Shown here: positions 28,761 to 44,804 of the stretch, in pieces
How the letters are laid out: the number at the start of each line of letters is the position of its first letter
Position numbering within the stretch: the first letter of the stretch is position 1
NCBI GenBank assembly: GCA_964016885.1
Contig: OZ024751.1
Span: 37,758,001-37,822,000, forward strand
Direction: 5' to 3'
Length of the DNA: 64,000 nt
Source: Eledone cirrhosa
Taxonomy: Eukaryota
The notes under the pieces: generated by a model
Database searches by the model: none
What the model saw: only the letters and a program-made list of their open reading frames with translations
Told to the model about the DNA's origin: nothing
Position numbers and translations under genes: made by a program

Positions 28761-30091
28761 TATATATATATATTTATATTGAGAGATCACAACTCCGATA
28801 CCATGGGCATGTGGTTAGAATGTCTCAGTGAGGTTTAATTTTTAACATAATCCCATGGAAGAAACAATGTGGTTATTAATAAGAATTGAAATTAATGGAT
28901 GCAGGGTTTCACAACTATCATCCATCCTTCATAGTCAGTCTGTGAACTTTTAAGCCGATCTTCATACGATATATTTTAAGAAAGACGAGATTTTTTCCAT
29001 TGAAACAGCTTTGAACGTATATCAAATCGTCGAACTAGAAGTAGGGCACGGTGGAAACTACTTCAGATTGAGAGGTTTTATAAATATTGCATTACACGGC
29101 GAACCAATGATTCTAGATATGATATTTTAAAGAACATTAATTTATTAACGGCTTGATTTTTATTTATGAAATATTTAGCTGAATTAAAATGATATGAAGC
29201 CGAATAACGGTTTTACTGCAAATGAACAGAATGATGTTATAGTTTAATGGTATGGTTCCGAAGTCTTGCTAGATACCTCAGTTATATATAACATCAAAAC
29301 CTTCATAGAAACCATCCTCTCTTATAGAAGGTTTAACGCAAGCAAACGAAGAAAGCTTTTGAAAAGAGATGACAAAGAAAGAAAAAGGATGTCTGTCTTG
29401 AATTATTGAAAATTGCCATGGTAACAAACATAATTCAGTGTGAATTTCAGTGGACAGACCGTAAACATCATTATAATTATATAAATTCTTAAAAAAAAGA
29501 ATTATTATTAGCTGACTAGGATATTTAGAAAAATCTTTTTAATTAAAATAAATAGAAATAAAATAACATTCCTATAAATATATAGATAAATGAGTAAATA
29601 GGTAATTAAATAAAAAAGAGGAAATCTTTAATAGCCTCATGTAATTAAAAATGTAATTCAGTTCAAGAAATTAATTGCATTTGCTGCTGTCATTTGACAA
29701 TACTACACATAAACATTTAATTAATACGTTTGATGTGTTACAGTAAATATAATAGTCATTAATAAGATAGGTACAACACTATCACACATATATACACGCA
29801 CGGATGTATATATATATAGCTACATTTATATTCACACATGTGTATATATATCATATATATATATATACTATATATATGTATATACATATATATACACATA
29901 TATAAACATATATATATATATAAACATATATATTTATATATATATATATAAACATATATGTTTAAATATATATATATACATATATATATATGTTTAAATA
30001 TATATATATATATATACATATATATAAACATATATTTATATATATACATATATATAAACACACATATATATATATATAAACATATATAAAC

Positions 30092-30127
<36 letters not shown>

Positions 30128-30306
30128 TATATATATAGAGAGAGAGATATAGTACATCAGAGTCTGTCTGCGTGTGCTTAGTTCTCTATTACATTTTATG
30201 TACTTTTCAATAACGTTATTGCTTCTTTGATCTCCATGGTTTATGATTGTTATAGATCTATCAAATTTCATCATAAGATCCACAACGCATCATTTCATTG
30301 CAGTAA

Positions 30307-30367
<61 letters not shown>

Positions 30368-32568
30368 CACACTTATTCTGTATACAGACGACGGTACAGA
30401 CACAAACACTTACACACTTACACACCAGTATAAACACACAGACATACACACAGTAATATATATAGAGAGAGATAAGTGTGTAAATTGACATATAACTAAA
30501 TACGTATAACAAGATACAATTTTGATCTATAGACATAATTATTGGTACTTGTGTAGATGGTTAGTCCAACAAACGTTTTGATGAAATTATCTTGCGATAA
30601 AATGTGTTTGATCCCTCATCTTTCATACTTTTTTAATATAACGTGTCTAGTGCTACTTTGTTCTAAGTGTAACCCAATCTTTCTAATGCGAAGGGTGTGT
30701 TTTCACCGAAATTTGACTGAGAATTCTTGTAGTTTCAAAATTATTTGTGGCTTGATCTGTTATAGATTTACTTAAATATAATGGTACATTGTTCAATGCG
30801 TCATTCAAACTTTTTAATGACAAGATGGTCTTTTCATATATTTATGGTGTTGTTTTTGTTTTTTAGGGGGGGGGGGGCATATACAGGAACATCCTTTGCC
30901 ATTGAATGATGGTTCCGACTTATAAGGTTTGAAAGATAGTATGCATCATCTGTCAGTTCACACGTATAATATACACGTGAGAGGGGGCGAGAGAAAATGT
31001 ATATATTCTCTCTCTCTCTCTCTCTCTCTCTATCAGTTGTTATATATTATTTATCAAGCCCATATCATTCAGAAGTAGTACATTCAATTACATTCATGTG
31101 TGTACACACACATACACTCGTGTGTAGTGCCATGTATATATATATATATATATATCCATATCATACTTTAATCCAAATCAACCTATCTTTAACCATATGA
31201 AAGTTTAGCCTTTATATAGTTTAGTGTTTATATATGGATGTATATTTAGCTGAATTAATTTCGCAATGTAAACGACCTGCATTAGTTGACGTCAAAGCCT
31301 CTAAAGGAATGCTTATTCAACACACAGCTGAGATACACAGCTGAGATATGTTTTCCATTGCATAAGAGTAATTGCAACAACTAATAACTAAGAACAAATA
31401 TAGTTATTGTATAGATAGAAATAATGAGTCGTATTAAACTGAAACAAAGAGATATAATATTCAATGATACTGCTTTTGCTGGAGGGACGTTAAATATAAT
31501 ATAACGTGAATGTTGTATACTATTCGTTGCTTAGCAAGAAATATTAATTACATGTTTATGATTAACTCTGAAATTCTCCGTAGAATTAGAGAATTCAGTT
31601 CCGCAAGCAGATGTGAAACAGGAATAAAGCTCTTCTATAACATGGAACCAGAAGATAAGAGAAGACTATTATCATCATCCATATGTTCAATGGAATATAC
31701 AAGCTGCAAGCTCCATTGTGGTTTTTGATGTTTCTAAAAGCCATCATGGGCAATCCCTTGATGTATAGTAGTTATTTGTTGTCTGCGATAAAAACATAAT
31801 TAGTAATACTATCCACACTCCGTCTTTCCGATAATGAAGAGAGCAATTGTGAAAGGTCGAAGTTGTTAAACAGATTAAGTCATAGCCATCCTTGTCGACT
31901 ATCTAATAGGATCGACATAATTCTATCAGAGATTTGATTAATAGAATTAGACAGTATTGCTTTGATATAGTCGCTATGGCCGCCGCGCTCGGCATTAGAT
32001 TGATAAACTCTTTGATCTTAACGAAATGTGTCATAAGAGAACAAAATCTGTAAAACAGTTATCATCAACATACACAGATTTAATGGTAATCGACTATAAA
32101 TAAGGAAAAGAACACAAAAAACATTAAGTAATTGCATAATTAAATAAATTATTTTCTTTTATAAATAACATATTATACATATATACAAGTAATAATATAT
32201 AAACACACACACATATACATCCGTGTATATAATATACATATATATGCACACATATTCATATACATATTTTTATATACACATATATATGTAAACATTGGTG
32301 GGTATATTGTATCATATATACGTGTGCGTGTGTGTGTTTTGGATTATAGGTGTAAAACATCAATGAAAACAATAACTCCCTATGGAGGTATTACATATTC
32401 TCTATTAAGCATATACACTTATATCTATAATTACAAAGTCATATCAAGAGACATACTCAAAAATACATGTATCTAGAAACTCCTATCAATATATAAGTAT
32501 TGCTATATCGATATTAATGTTTCTCTAGACATATCAATGTAGCTACTTAATTGCATTTATATCTGCGC

Positions 32569-32604
<36 letters not shown>

Positions 32605-32607
<3 letters not shown>

Positions 32608-32651
32608 CTCTTTTACTCTTTTACCTGTTTCAGCCATCCGGCTGAGGCCAT
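32605..32651 (-). mobile_element. Short SINE 3'-end fragment between TA tracts
   Basis: ttactcttttactcttttacctgtttcagccatccggctgaggcca. Confidence 0.6.
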
Positions 32652-32676
32652 ATATATGTGTGTGTGTGTGTGTGGG

Positions 32677-32705
<29 letters not shown>

Positions 32706-32711
<6 letters not shown>

Positions 32712-32934
32712 CACTCTTCAATAATATTCGAATAAATATTGCCTGTACAGGTAATCAAACTGAATACGTTTCCTTGGAACAACCTATATATATATATTAT
32801 AGGAACCAAATAAATATATATATATTTTAAAAAATAAGACTCCAGTTGCATTTTCGATTTCATCTTTTTTTCTTTATACTTTCACTCGTGTAGGACACCT
32901 CGGTTATTTTTCATTTTGTAAAAAAAAACCTCAC

Positions 32935-32980
<46 letters not shown>

Positions 32981-33295
32981 ATATATATATATAACGAAGG
33001 AAATGTGGTAAGGAACCAAGTGGACCATAACGCACCAAAGTACTCAATACTTAGGGTAGTAGAGTGGGTAATAGGAACGAGTAGGACCCCGACGGCTGAG
33101 CTCAAGCCGTTTCGACGGCTAATTCTTTTTAGTCCAGAATTAGCCGTCGAAACGGCTTGAGCTCAGCCGTCGGGGTCCTACTCGTTCCTATATATATATA
33201 TATATATATATATAGGTTGTTCCAAGGAAACGTATTCACAGTTTGATTACCTGTACAGGCAATATTTATTCCAATACTATTGAAGAGTGTATACA
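32706..33295. repeat. Family H inverted pair (about 83-bp arms)
   Basis: 32706-32788 is the reverse complement of 33211-33295 with 2 substitutions and a 2-nt indel. Confidence 0.85.
32992..33191 (-). mobile_element. Family A copy (fold-back + full tail)
   Basis: Near reverse complement of 289-484; (TA)n on both sides. Confidence 0.88.
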
Positions 33296-35344
33296 TTTTT
33301 AGGACACTGTCTGAAGCGATAACACTCTTTTCCTCTTATTTCAAGCATTAAACTAATATATTTCTTCATTGTATAGTATCGTTTGCTTTGCTATTTCTGT
33401 TTATTGTTTTGGGTTAACGAAATGGTAAATTGGTAAACTCATTAGGGCATCGGATTAGAAAATACTTCAGTACTTGTAACGACTCCCTTCCGTCTCAGTT
33501 TAAATCCTGTAAATGTCAAATATTCCTTTCAAATCTTTCACCAGCGCTTGAGACGATTCTCTCTGTCTCATTCTCCGCCATCTCTCTTTCTCCTTCTCTC
33601 CCTCTCTCCGGAAGAAACTGGCTGTGTTCTCATGACGGCACACATACGACTGCATGTAGAGTTCAACGTCCTTTGTCTCTTATCTCTCTTTCATACCAAC
33701 GAAGTGTATGATTTTTGATGTTGTTGATGTTCCAGATGTTCACGTAAATACGATAACACATAGTCTTTCCATGTTTTCATTATTCATATTTAATCTTCCT
33801 AAGAAAAAAAGGTCAGCCTGTGGTTAAACAGAGCTTGCAGTGCTGAGTTGATTCATCACAACTGCGACTAACATCTATTCTTCACCATGGCTTATACAAT
33901 AAATATTCCGACTAGTTTTCATTAAGTACGAATGTACTATACTTTAAAATATGTGTAGAGGCGGAACCTTTATATAGTCGTTAGAACGTTATGTAGGATG
34001 CGTTGTGGTATTCATACTACCTTTCTCTACTCTGAGTTCAGATCACGGTGCGATCAACGTTATATTTCATCCTTTCTAAGTTAATAAAAAAAAAAACACC
34101 AGTCCTGTACTGGAGGTCGATCCTTTCTCTATATTTGTTTCCCCACTTCATTTCCTTCTTTCTCTGCAAAACATCGGTTGTGTTAAGACACGGAGAAGGA
34201 TGGGTTCCATCAGTTTTAACGTGCCCAAATCACACCGCATATATTCATGTTTCTTCAACAGACACTTTTACAAACGAAAGATAAAAACGAACGCATGAAT
34301 GAATCCAACCATCCTCTTGTAGCATCCATGTCTCTACTATCAATGTTAATTAAAGACGTTAAATACATTTGAAACTTGATTATTAAAACATCTTAAAATT
34401 ACATTATATAAATAATAATGCGTTTGACGACAATATTGTGACCTTAACAAACGGCACAGCCACGTGTAGTATTAGATTTTAGATTTACCTTAGAAATATG
34501 GTAACTACCGAATGTACAGTTAACTGCCTCTATGACACGGTTTCGATTCACCTATATACTTGTTCGTTTTATTTATAGTTCTCATGTCCTTCAGTAAAGA
34601 TGTAGCCATCAGTATTTCATTTGCCTCACCAATAAATTTATTTTCTGGTGCCTCAGACAGAAATCAATACATCATGAAATGAATATTGTATTATTTTCAT
34701 TAAGTCTTTAATTAATCTTCAAGAATCTTTGGTTTCAATTTTAATTCTTCGTGATTTATAGTTTATATCATAGAGAGAAAATGTTACAGAGGAGGAAAAT
34801 AAAGATAGGAGCCAAATAAGACAATTATAATGTTACAACAAAGATGCGGACGATTAATACTAAAGAGTAATTATTAATTGCAATGATATTGCTTTCGTTT
34901 CACTAAACACTAAATCTATATATTTTATAGAAATGATGAGAAAACTGGGAAGTGCGACATACAAGCTTTTCCAGAGAATATTATGGTCGCCATCAGTCGG
35001 TTCTAATGACGAGTGTTCCACTATATATGATCATGGAGCAAACTGATTATGAAATTAATAGACAAGAGGCTGAGAATTCCACAGACCTGTGCATCTTTAG
35101 TCTAGTTCTCGGGGAGATTAATCGATGCCCATTTATGGAAGCTCATTTAACTGAAGCAACGTGAAATATCAAAGAAATAGTGCGGTGCCAGAAATCGAAC
35201 TCAAGACAAAACACTAATGACAAGGCTCCGTGCATTCACAATGAGTACATGAAGTGTGTAGATACCGACAGGAACTGTGAACTAATATCGAATAACGTAT
35301 GCACCAGGCAGAGAGATTAGACATTGTGGTGTGAACTTTACCAC

Positions 35345-35490
35345 GTTATTTATAGAGAATATCCTCCACAAAATCCAGATGAGGTCATCCAACCTGCAAA
35401 AGAAACCTCGCAGGCTTGAATGGATAATCCAGCGTGTATCCCTAGTTGTTCTTCACGGTAATGAGTTCAACATCTCGCACGTCGATGAAG
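35345..35490 (+). mobile_element. Possible CRE-like (RLE endonuclease) LINE 3' remnant
   Basis: KPRRLEWIIQRVSLVVLHGNEFNI resembles the EPRE..W.FQR.SLAV.RGNA.SI C-terminus. Confidence 0.45.
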
Positions 35491-35942
35491 AATATTTTGG
35501 TCTGTTTCAGGATAAATTACGAGACACGAGTCTGTATTCACAGATCTGCCTCTGTTATATATTTAACAAAAGTGAAATGCGGAGATATTGTTAATGCATT
35601 TTATGCTATAATATATATATTAAAATAATTATTTTCCTCTAATAACGGGATGCAAGATTTAGGATAATATGATGAATTACTTTGCTTGGCGTGTGTTAAT
35701 TTTAAATTGCGATAACGCATAATACAGCAAATGTGTTAAAATACTTAGCACCTTCTTATATATTTCAATTGTGTCATTCATGATAATGATGAGGGAGATA
35801 TAATGTTGATAATCATTAATAGCTACCACTATGTAACTCATCCTGAAATATACAAAAGATTATCTTTATCAAAGGATGCCATTATTAATTGAGATGAGGC
35901 CTGACATAGGTAGAAACTAAGAAAATATTTATATATATATAT

Positions 35943-36424
35943 ACAAGAGTTTTATTTAAAATTGTTGGGATACAACAAGTAAATATTTTATAACTGATAT
36001 AAAGCACTCGACAAGTTTTTGGAGTAGATATACGATATTAAATAAATGGAAACTATATTTATAAAACCATATTTATTTCATTATACATATTTCAGGGATA
36101 CCAAATTAAATACAATATATAAACAGTCACATAAAATACAATATATAAACAGTTTTATAAATAATTTTGACGTACCCTATTAGAAGCGACCATTATTTTT
36201 GGAGGCTGTCTGGATAGTGAGATGTTTATAATTATTTTATTAGATATAGTGTTAAGCACAGTTAAAAAAAGACCCTAATAGGGTACGTCAAAATTATTTA
36301 TAAAACTGTTTATATATTGTATTTTATCTGACGAAGGCATGCCATATTTTAATTTGGTATCCCTGAAATATGTATAATGAAATAAATATGGTTTTATAAA
36401 TATAGTTTCCATTTATTTAATATC

Positions 36425-36430
<6 letters not shown>
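35943..36430. mobile_element. Family B fold-back element
   Basis: Arms 36029-36183 and 36275-36430 are inverted; tail 35943-36028 on -; TA flanks; in the - arm the CUGANGA core is replaced by a local duplication. Confidence 0.82.
36297..36400 (+). ncRNA. Type I hammerhead ribozyme, family B copy 4
   Basis: CTGACGA 36328-36334; stem II aggcatgcca/tggtatccct; GAAA 36365-36368; AUA cleavage after 36376; stem I tattttat/atgaaata. Confidence 0.85.
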
Positions 36431-36454
<24 letters not shown>

Positions 36455-36459
<5 letters not shown>

Positions 36460-36521
36460 AAAAAGTATGACCCCGACGGCAGAGCTCAAGCCGTTTCGAC
36501 GGCTATTTCTGGACTCAGAAA
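36455..36521 (-). mobile_element. Family A copy (arm only)
   Basis: ataggaaaagtatgaccccgacggcagagctcaagccgtttcgacggctatttctggactcag; TA flanks. Confidence 0.8.
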
Positions 36522-36603
36522 TATATATGGTTGGACGAGATTGTGGCAACCTAAGACGTCAATTATCCATGAGCTCGAGCCTCACCAATGAGGTGGGGAA
36601 TAG

Positions 36604-36670
<67 letters not shown>

Positions 36671-36776
36671 TTGTGTGTGTGGTGTGTGCGCGCGCATGTG
36701 TACATATTTATACATATAGATATAGAGATAGATATGTACGTACACACACAGACACACACTATATATATATATATAT

Positions 36777-36965
36777 AGTTTTAATATAGAAGAGCTTCTA
36801 CAGGACTAGAACTGTTTCATTCGTGAGAAATCATCAATGATGATTTCTCACGAATGAAACAGTTCTAGTCCTGTAGAAGCTCTTCTATATTAAAACTTTT
36901 ATACTCTGCTATGTATTGAGTACCTTACTTACTGTGGTTACCTCCAACTCAACCCGGAATAACTT

Positions 36966-36966
<1 letters not shown>
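36777..36966 (+). mobile_element. Family C fold-back element with HHR truncated at the core
   Basis: Perfect 60-bp arms 36777-36836/36838-36897 plus tail; TGATGA tttctcacgaat GAAA cagttctagtcctg TA gaagc; (TA)n on both sides. Confidence 0.85.
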
Positions 36967-37298
<332 letters not shown>

Positions 37299-38732
37299 AT
37301 GTAATATTTCCGTATATTCTGTATCCGTTAAAGAAGCCAAGGTAAAATAGGTAGAGTAGAAGAAAAAGTCAGTTTTGCTTGTGAGGTTTATGATAAAGAA
37401 GAAGGGAGTGAAGGAGAGAATCTAAACGAACGTTACCAACAGCAGAACCATTAAGAAGACCAACATCAACATGAGAAGAACCGGAATAGGTAGAAGAACA
37501 AGGTGTAGACAGGTGTATGTATATATGGCAGACACAGCGGTGCGGTGATTGGGTTTCTTTGAAAGGGAATCGATAACCTCATTTCGATTCATAGATATGC
37601 ATTTCACTTAGAACTGTAAATGATGTCAAGAAAAGGAATCTTTTGTAAAACATAATATATCACCTACTCTATAGATCCGAGGCGTCGCTTTGTGTCAAAA
37701 TTCTCCAATAATAGGAAAATGGCGTCGATCAGAGATATGTACCTTGAAGCACATCTTGCTGGAAGCTTATTCTATTGCAATATACGTCTTGCCACGTGAA
37801 AGCAAAGTGAATCGATTTGATTAATTTGAAACAAAGTTATAGTAAATGTACTTGAAAACTATGATTTGGTGACTCTCATGCATTTCACAGTAGTATTGTT
37901 GAAGCAAATATACCTGATGTTTTCTATCGTTAGAATAGGTATAAAATTTGCAAATTTGAATGCGTTTCTAAACCATAACCTTATCTAATCTTTAAAGGTA
38001 GTAGTAATTACAATATGTTGTGACATTCATGTATATCTTAAAAGTATTATTGTTTGAATATCATCAAGAGGTAAGGGAGATTAGTGTTGTAAAGAGGGCT
38101 CTACGTATGCTTGGGCACTTGTCTCCTGGTTAAGACATCATGGCTCTGTAATGATAAATACACAGTCGATTTCTTCCAGAGAAAATTAGACAGAGAGGGT
38201 GTGAGAGAGCAATATGGAGGAGGAATCTACTCCAGAACTGGTACATTATCTATGGACGTTAAAAGGAAGAAATGAATGGTTAACATCAGTGGGATTTAAA
38301 CCCGGAAAGCAGAAAGTCGGAGTGGTTGTTGCAATGCATTATATGTGACTTCCTAAACACTCCACCAATTCGCCATTGTATGTTTATATATCGTGGAATA
38401 TTTTAATATATAATGCTGTTCTAATCAATACGCTTTCTTCAGAGCTATCCTAATAACTTAAGTGTTATGTCTAAAATGTCAATACACACTTTTACATAAT
38501 CGAATATGAATTTATCCTACTTTACGAACAGCACTATATATAATCATTTAATCTTCTCATAGTTAATGTAGCGTTTATTACGGATGTTAATTGGAATTAT
38601 GCGATGAGGAAAATACATTATCTTATTGACTAATATTATTTCTATTATTTTTTTATATTATTATATTTTTGCCGATATTTTCGACCTACGTCCAGCAAGT
38701 TTCTACGTGCTATATCTTCGTTGTGGTATAGA

Positions 38733-38779
<47 letters not shown>

Positions 38780-39542
38780 CCAACTCTAACACATATATAA
38801 CCTAGAAACGATCGTAAAATGATGAATTTTTTTAATATAAGGAACTGTTTCTTTGTTTATTCATTATTTTATTAATTTATATATATATATATTATATATA
38901 TATTATTCAGTACGTTATTTAAATGTGGCTTCTTCTTTTCCGAAATCCATACTTTATATATATATGTATTCTTCCAGCGTATAAATGTAAATCTTTTACA
39001 TGTGTGCGTCAGAGAAAGAAAAACTTCTTTAAGCTAGTTAAAGTATGCCATCATTAATAATTCATCTTAGTAATAAATACAAATATGTTCAGACACTCAG
39101 AAATAACATGCTTGAATTAGTTAATTCTATTTTAAATGGTTATAAAAAAATATGTTAGTTGCTTATTTACAGCGTATTTGAAACGCTTTAAGCAATTACT
39201 AGGTAATTGCTTCGAAATTGCCAAGGGATATTAAAATTACACGTTGTCAGGAGACAACGTGTATAGAGAGAAAGAGAGAAAGAAACGAAGTGTATGTGAG
39301 AAAGGAGAAGAGAGAGAAGATGAGCAGAATGAAAGATAGAAAGAAAGAAACAGCTATTAGAAAGTGTAAATAGAAAATTGTAGACTTTTGGGAACGAAAT
39401 AATATAATTCTAAATGGCAACATCTTTCTGTCACTGGATCGGTAGAGCATCGGGTAATATGTATTGCTATAGTTACGTAGCTGGCACTTCATCTTCTGAG
39501 TCCAAATGAAGTCCATATCAATTTTGCCTATCATCATATACT

Positions 39543-39562
39543 TAGTACATATACACACGTAC

Positions 39563-39622
<60 letters not shown>

Positions 39623-39654
39623 GTGTGTATACATAGTACATATACACACGTACG

Positions 39655-39686
<32 letters not shown>

Positions 39687-39825
39687 TATATATGTGTGTA
39701 TACATAGTGTATATACACACGTACGTATATATATATATATATATATACACATATATATATATGTGTGTATACATAGTACATATACACACGTACGTATACA
39801 CACACACACATATATATATATGTGT
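39543..39825. repeat. About 70-90-bp higher-order TA/CA minisatellite x4
   Basis: tagtacatatacacacgtacg(ta)n...gtgtgtataca recurs. Confidence 0.85.
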
Positions 39826-39977
39826 GCATACATACCTACCTTTGGACATGTTTGCACTTAGACGCATTCCTTCTCACAATGCCTTCATGAATTTCAAACT
39901 GCAATGATGCAGCTTGTATATAATTTTATGTACACAATATATTTTTTACCCCACCCCCCATATATATATATATTAAC

Positions 39978-40174
39978 CCGTCGGGGTTCAACATGTTCCT
40001 ATATATATATATATATAGGAACATGTTTAACCCCGACGGCAGAGCTCAAGCCGCCGAAAGGGCTTGAGCTCTGCCGTCGGGGTTAAACATTTTCCTATTA
40101 CCCACTCTACTACCCTAAGTATTGAATACTCTGGTGCGTTATGGTCCATCTGGTTCCTTGCCACACTTCCTTTG

Positions 40175-40177
<3 letters not shown>
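39978..40177 (+). mobile_element. Family A fragment (39978-40002) plus fold-back copy (40015-40177)
   Basis: Arms ataggaacatgtttaaccccgacggcagagctcaagcc / ggcttgagctctgccgtcggggttaaacattttcctat, then tail. Confidence 0.85.
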
Positions 40178-41363
<1,186 letters not shown>

Positions 41364-41521
41364 TAAACCCGCACTATGGGGTTTGTAGAAGCGAGGAAGT
41401 GATTAAAAACATACAAATTGTTTCTAACAAGATCGTGTTAAATAAGTGAATTGCAATGACAAACGACGTCTACGCCATGTTTGTAGTTGTCACCATCACC
41501 AGTACCACCACCAGCAATTCA

Positions 41522-41555
<34 letters not shown>

Positions 41556-43844
41556 TAGCGATTTTTAAATATGAAGGAGCTGTTATTGTCAACAAGGAAA
41601 ACGAATTAATGCGAAGTGTGTAACTCACATGAGAAATTGATGCAGTGCAAGTATGATTAGAAATGCCACGTTACCTGCAGGCAATGAAACTTACAGCTTG
41701 CATGTATGTGTACTGCAAACTGTGTACTGTTTTCACTTATGAGCACTACATTCCTCTCAGTGCTGTTTGTTGAGTTTCCCATGCAAAAACTAGAACGTGT
41801 TCGTTGTTTATTTTATTTCATTGTATTTTATTACAGTATGTTTTCGTGATAACACCTGAGTATTGCTTTCAAACGTTGATTAGCAATTGTATATCTGTAA
41901 AGAAACGAAACCCAAAATGACAACATTTAGGCTCCTAAATATAGATATGAACTAGTTTATATAATTATAGAAGTATATTTTCAGGGCGTGTTACAGCGTT
42001 TCGTCATACAATGGATTGCTTCCCTTTTGTCAAACTTTAATATATATTCTGTAGATAATATTATAGATCCCGAGCAATATTGTTGTATAACATCCATCCA
42101 CATTGCAACAACACATAATACAGGTGAGGGTATCAGATTCTAAATCACTTCGAGCTCAACGTTACATTTCATTCTTTCGGGGTCGATAAAGAAAGTACAA
42201 ATCCAGGGGCAGAGTATTGAGGAAATTGATAAATAGTGAACAGGAATGTTTATGGTATGTTAATTCACATGACTTACAACTCCGAATTTTAATCTTACTT
42301 AATTTTGCTAACCACTTAATATCAGCAATATACACTTAATATCAGCAATATACAGTTAATATAATCAATGGGAACATTTTCCTTGGTCCGGACACGCAAT
42401 CATCTTTCCTTCCATTGTTTCACTACATGTTCACCCATTCTGTATACACAGTGTTTATAATGGAAATACAATAATATCTCATATTAGTTAGACTTAAAGA
42501 AATGTAGCCAGAGGAAAATACATTTGCCATTTTCTAAAGTGTGACTAAGCCATAGGCTAGGTTTGATTGAGCTACAACTTTGAGTAAAACATTCCCAGCC
42601 CACATCTGACATCATCTTGAGTTCTCTACCCCTATATATAGTGTATCCTGCACAGCAATATCTATTATGCTTTACTGGTTTTTTTCTTTATTAGTTTTTC
42701 ATATAACAATATTGTGAAACACGATATAGATATGTATCTTAAATGTAGCAGGTCAATTGATCCAGGGGTGGTTTTTTTTCATTGGGTCATTTGTTTACCC
42801 AAGAGTAATATAAATTGAAGTGTTTTCCTAGTTTTGACTAATACAGCTCAATGGCCACATTGATATAACTCGATACATTCTGATGTTTGTTAATCACATA
42901 TATTAGGTCAACGTGTCTTTCTTTGATCTCAGCGAAATATATAGCTATATTTATTCCTAGCATGTGTTTTAGTCATTGTATTCATTTCCATATGATTAGG
43001 CTCAATGTTCACATAGCTGAAATTAAAGGAAGGTTTAATATACTCAGAAAAAAGTTAATCAACGTTATTTACACAAGAGAATTCCACATTTATGAGCCAA
43101 GCATTCTATATATTTTTGTTATTTTTTTTTTCCTTTTTTTCTGTTATTTTTTTTATATGGTAATACAAAAAATATGTCATTAGGAAATCGAACAAAACCA
43201 ATAAATATAGTTCAGAAGTTGTTTTAACACCTCTTTGAAGGTGTTTGGAACAACTAAGATCAATCAAACGAGAGTGACGGTTTCAACTGTCGTTATTTAT
43301 AAATCTAGCATTGGTGGTAGCTTTTGTTCGTACTTCAGGCATGAGTTGATATAAACCAACAGCGGTGTGTGACTGACCGATTTATTTTACATTAAAGACC
43401 CAGTTCGGAGAAATAAAAATATAAAAGAGAAACCCCTCTATTGTGCCATTAGTGATGGTTGCTTCGGTGCTATTCAATGATGGGAGGCCAGAAACTGTCT
43501 TTATTTCTTTGTCTAATAGAATCGTTTCATATAGATTGCCAATTCTCTGCTCCTTATACTTAACCATCTCAAGCTGAACAAATCGTTATTTTTATAGCTC
43601 CTATTATTCACTCTTATTCATTATATACATATCCCAGTATTATACACGACTTGGCATAGAATAACACAATGAAATCCCGATTAGGAATCTTCCTTGTTGC
43701 TCAACCTACTAGAAATAGCAGCTGAATTTTACTTAGCTCATTGCATACAGTCCTATCACATACATAGTTCATTCTTGATCATAATACTTATATTACCAAG
43801 CATATAAATAAAGATTACCAAGCATATAAACACGACTATACAGC

Positions 43845-44030
43845 AAATTGGCAGAGTCATATGAACACTGCGTACAATTCTCTGCAGTAATCATGCGGTA
43901 TCTCTGATCTGCGTTCAAATCCTACCTTGGTAAAGTTTGTCTTTCATCATTTTAGGGTCGATAAAAAAAAGTACCAGTCATATACTGATATCGATTCTTC
44001 CTCTATATCTCTTGCTTAATTCCCCTCTAT
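43845..44030 (+). mobile_element. Degenerate SINE
   Basis: attggcagagtc...gcgttcaaatcc...tttgtctttcatcattttagggtcgataaaaaaaagtaccagtca. Confidence 0.65.
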
Positions 44031-44402
44031 TATTCTCCCTCGCTTTCTCTATCTCTCTCCTTCTCTATATGAAATCATCTGTGTTCAAAACTGGAGAGGA
44101 GATAGATGCTACCTGGTATCAATGATGCCCACAAACGCCGCACATCTTTACCGCACTCTTATGACTCCAGCATGAGTTATAGGTCCGAAAGATAGAAAGA
44201 TGTACTTGATGTTCTTTAAAATATTTGTGATCCTTTGATCTGCTAAAAATACCAGTTAAATATCCTTTGAATTACAGGAGAATCCATCCGACTGTCGTCC
44301 AGACAGTTTGCATTACAAATGAGGTAAATGGCTTCGACACCAGATCTGTTTGAATAGAACATCTTAACCATTCGGTAATGTAGCATCAACGTTTTAGACA
44401 TA

Positions 44403-44449
<47 letters not shown>

Positions 44450-44473
44450 CATATATTTATTCATTTCTATATA

Positions 44474-44529
<56 letters not shown>

Positions 44530-44765
44530 CATATATTTATACATGTCTATTTATGCATATATATATATATACATATATGTAAACATTTCTATATACATAT
44601 ATTTATACATTTCTATATACATATATTTTTACATTTCTATATACATATATTTATACATATATTTATACATTTCTATTTATGTATGCATATATATATATAT
44701 ATATATATATACATACATAAATAGAAATGTATAAATATATGTATAAATATATGTATATAGAAATG

Positions 44766-44804
<39 letters not shown>

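Noticed and set aside
28800-29130. Possible mariner transposase remnant
   Set aside because: Only a vague resemblance, with multiple stops and no recognisable TIR or intact YSPDLAP motif.
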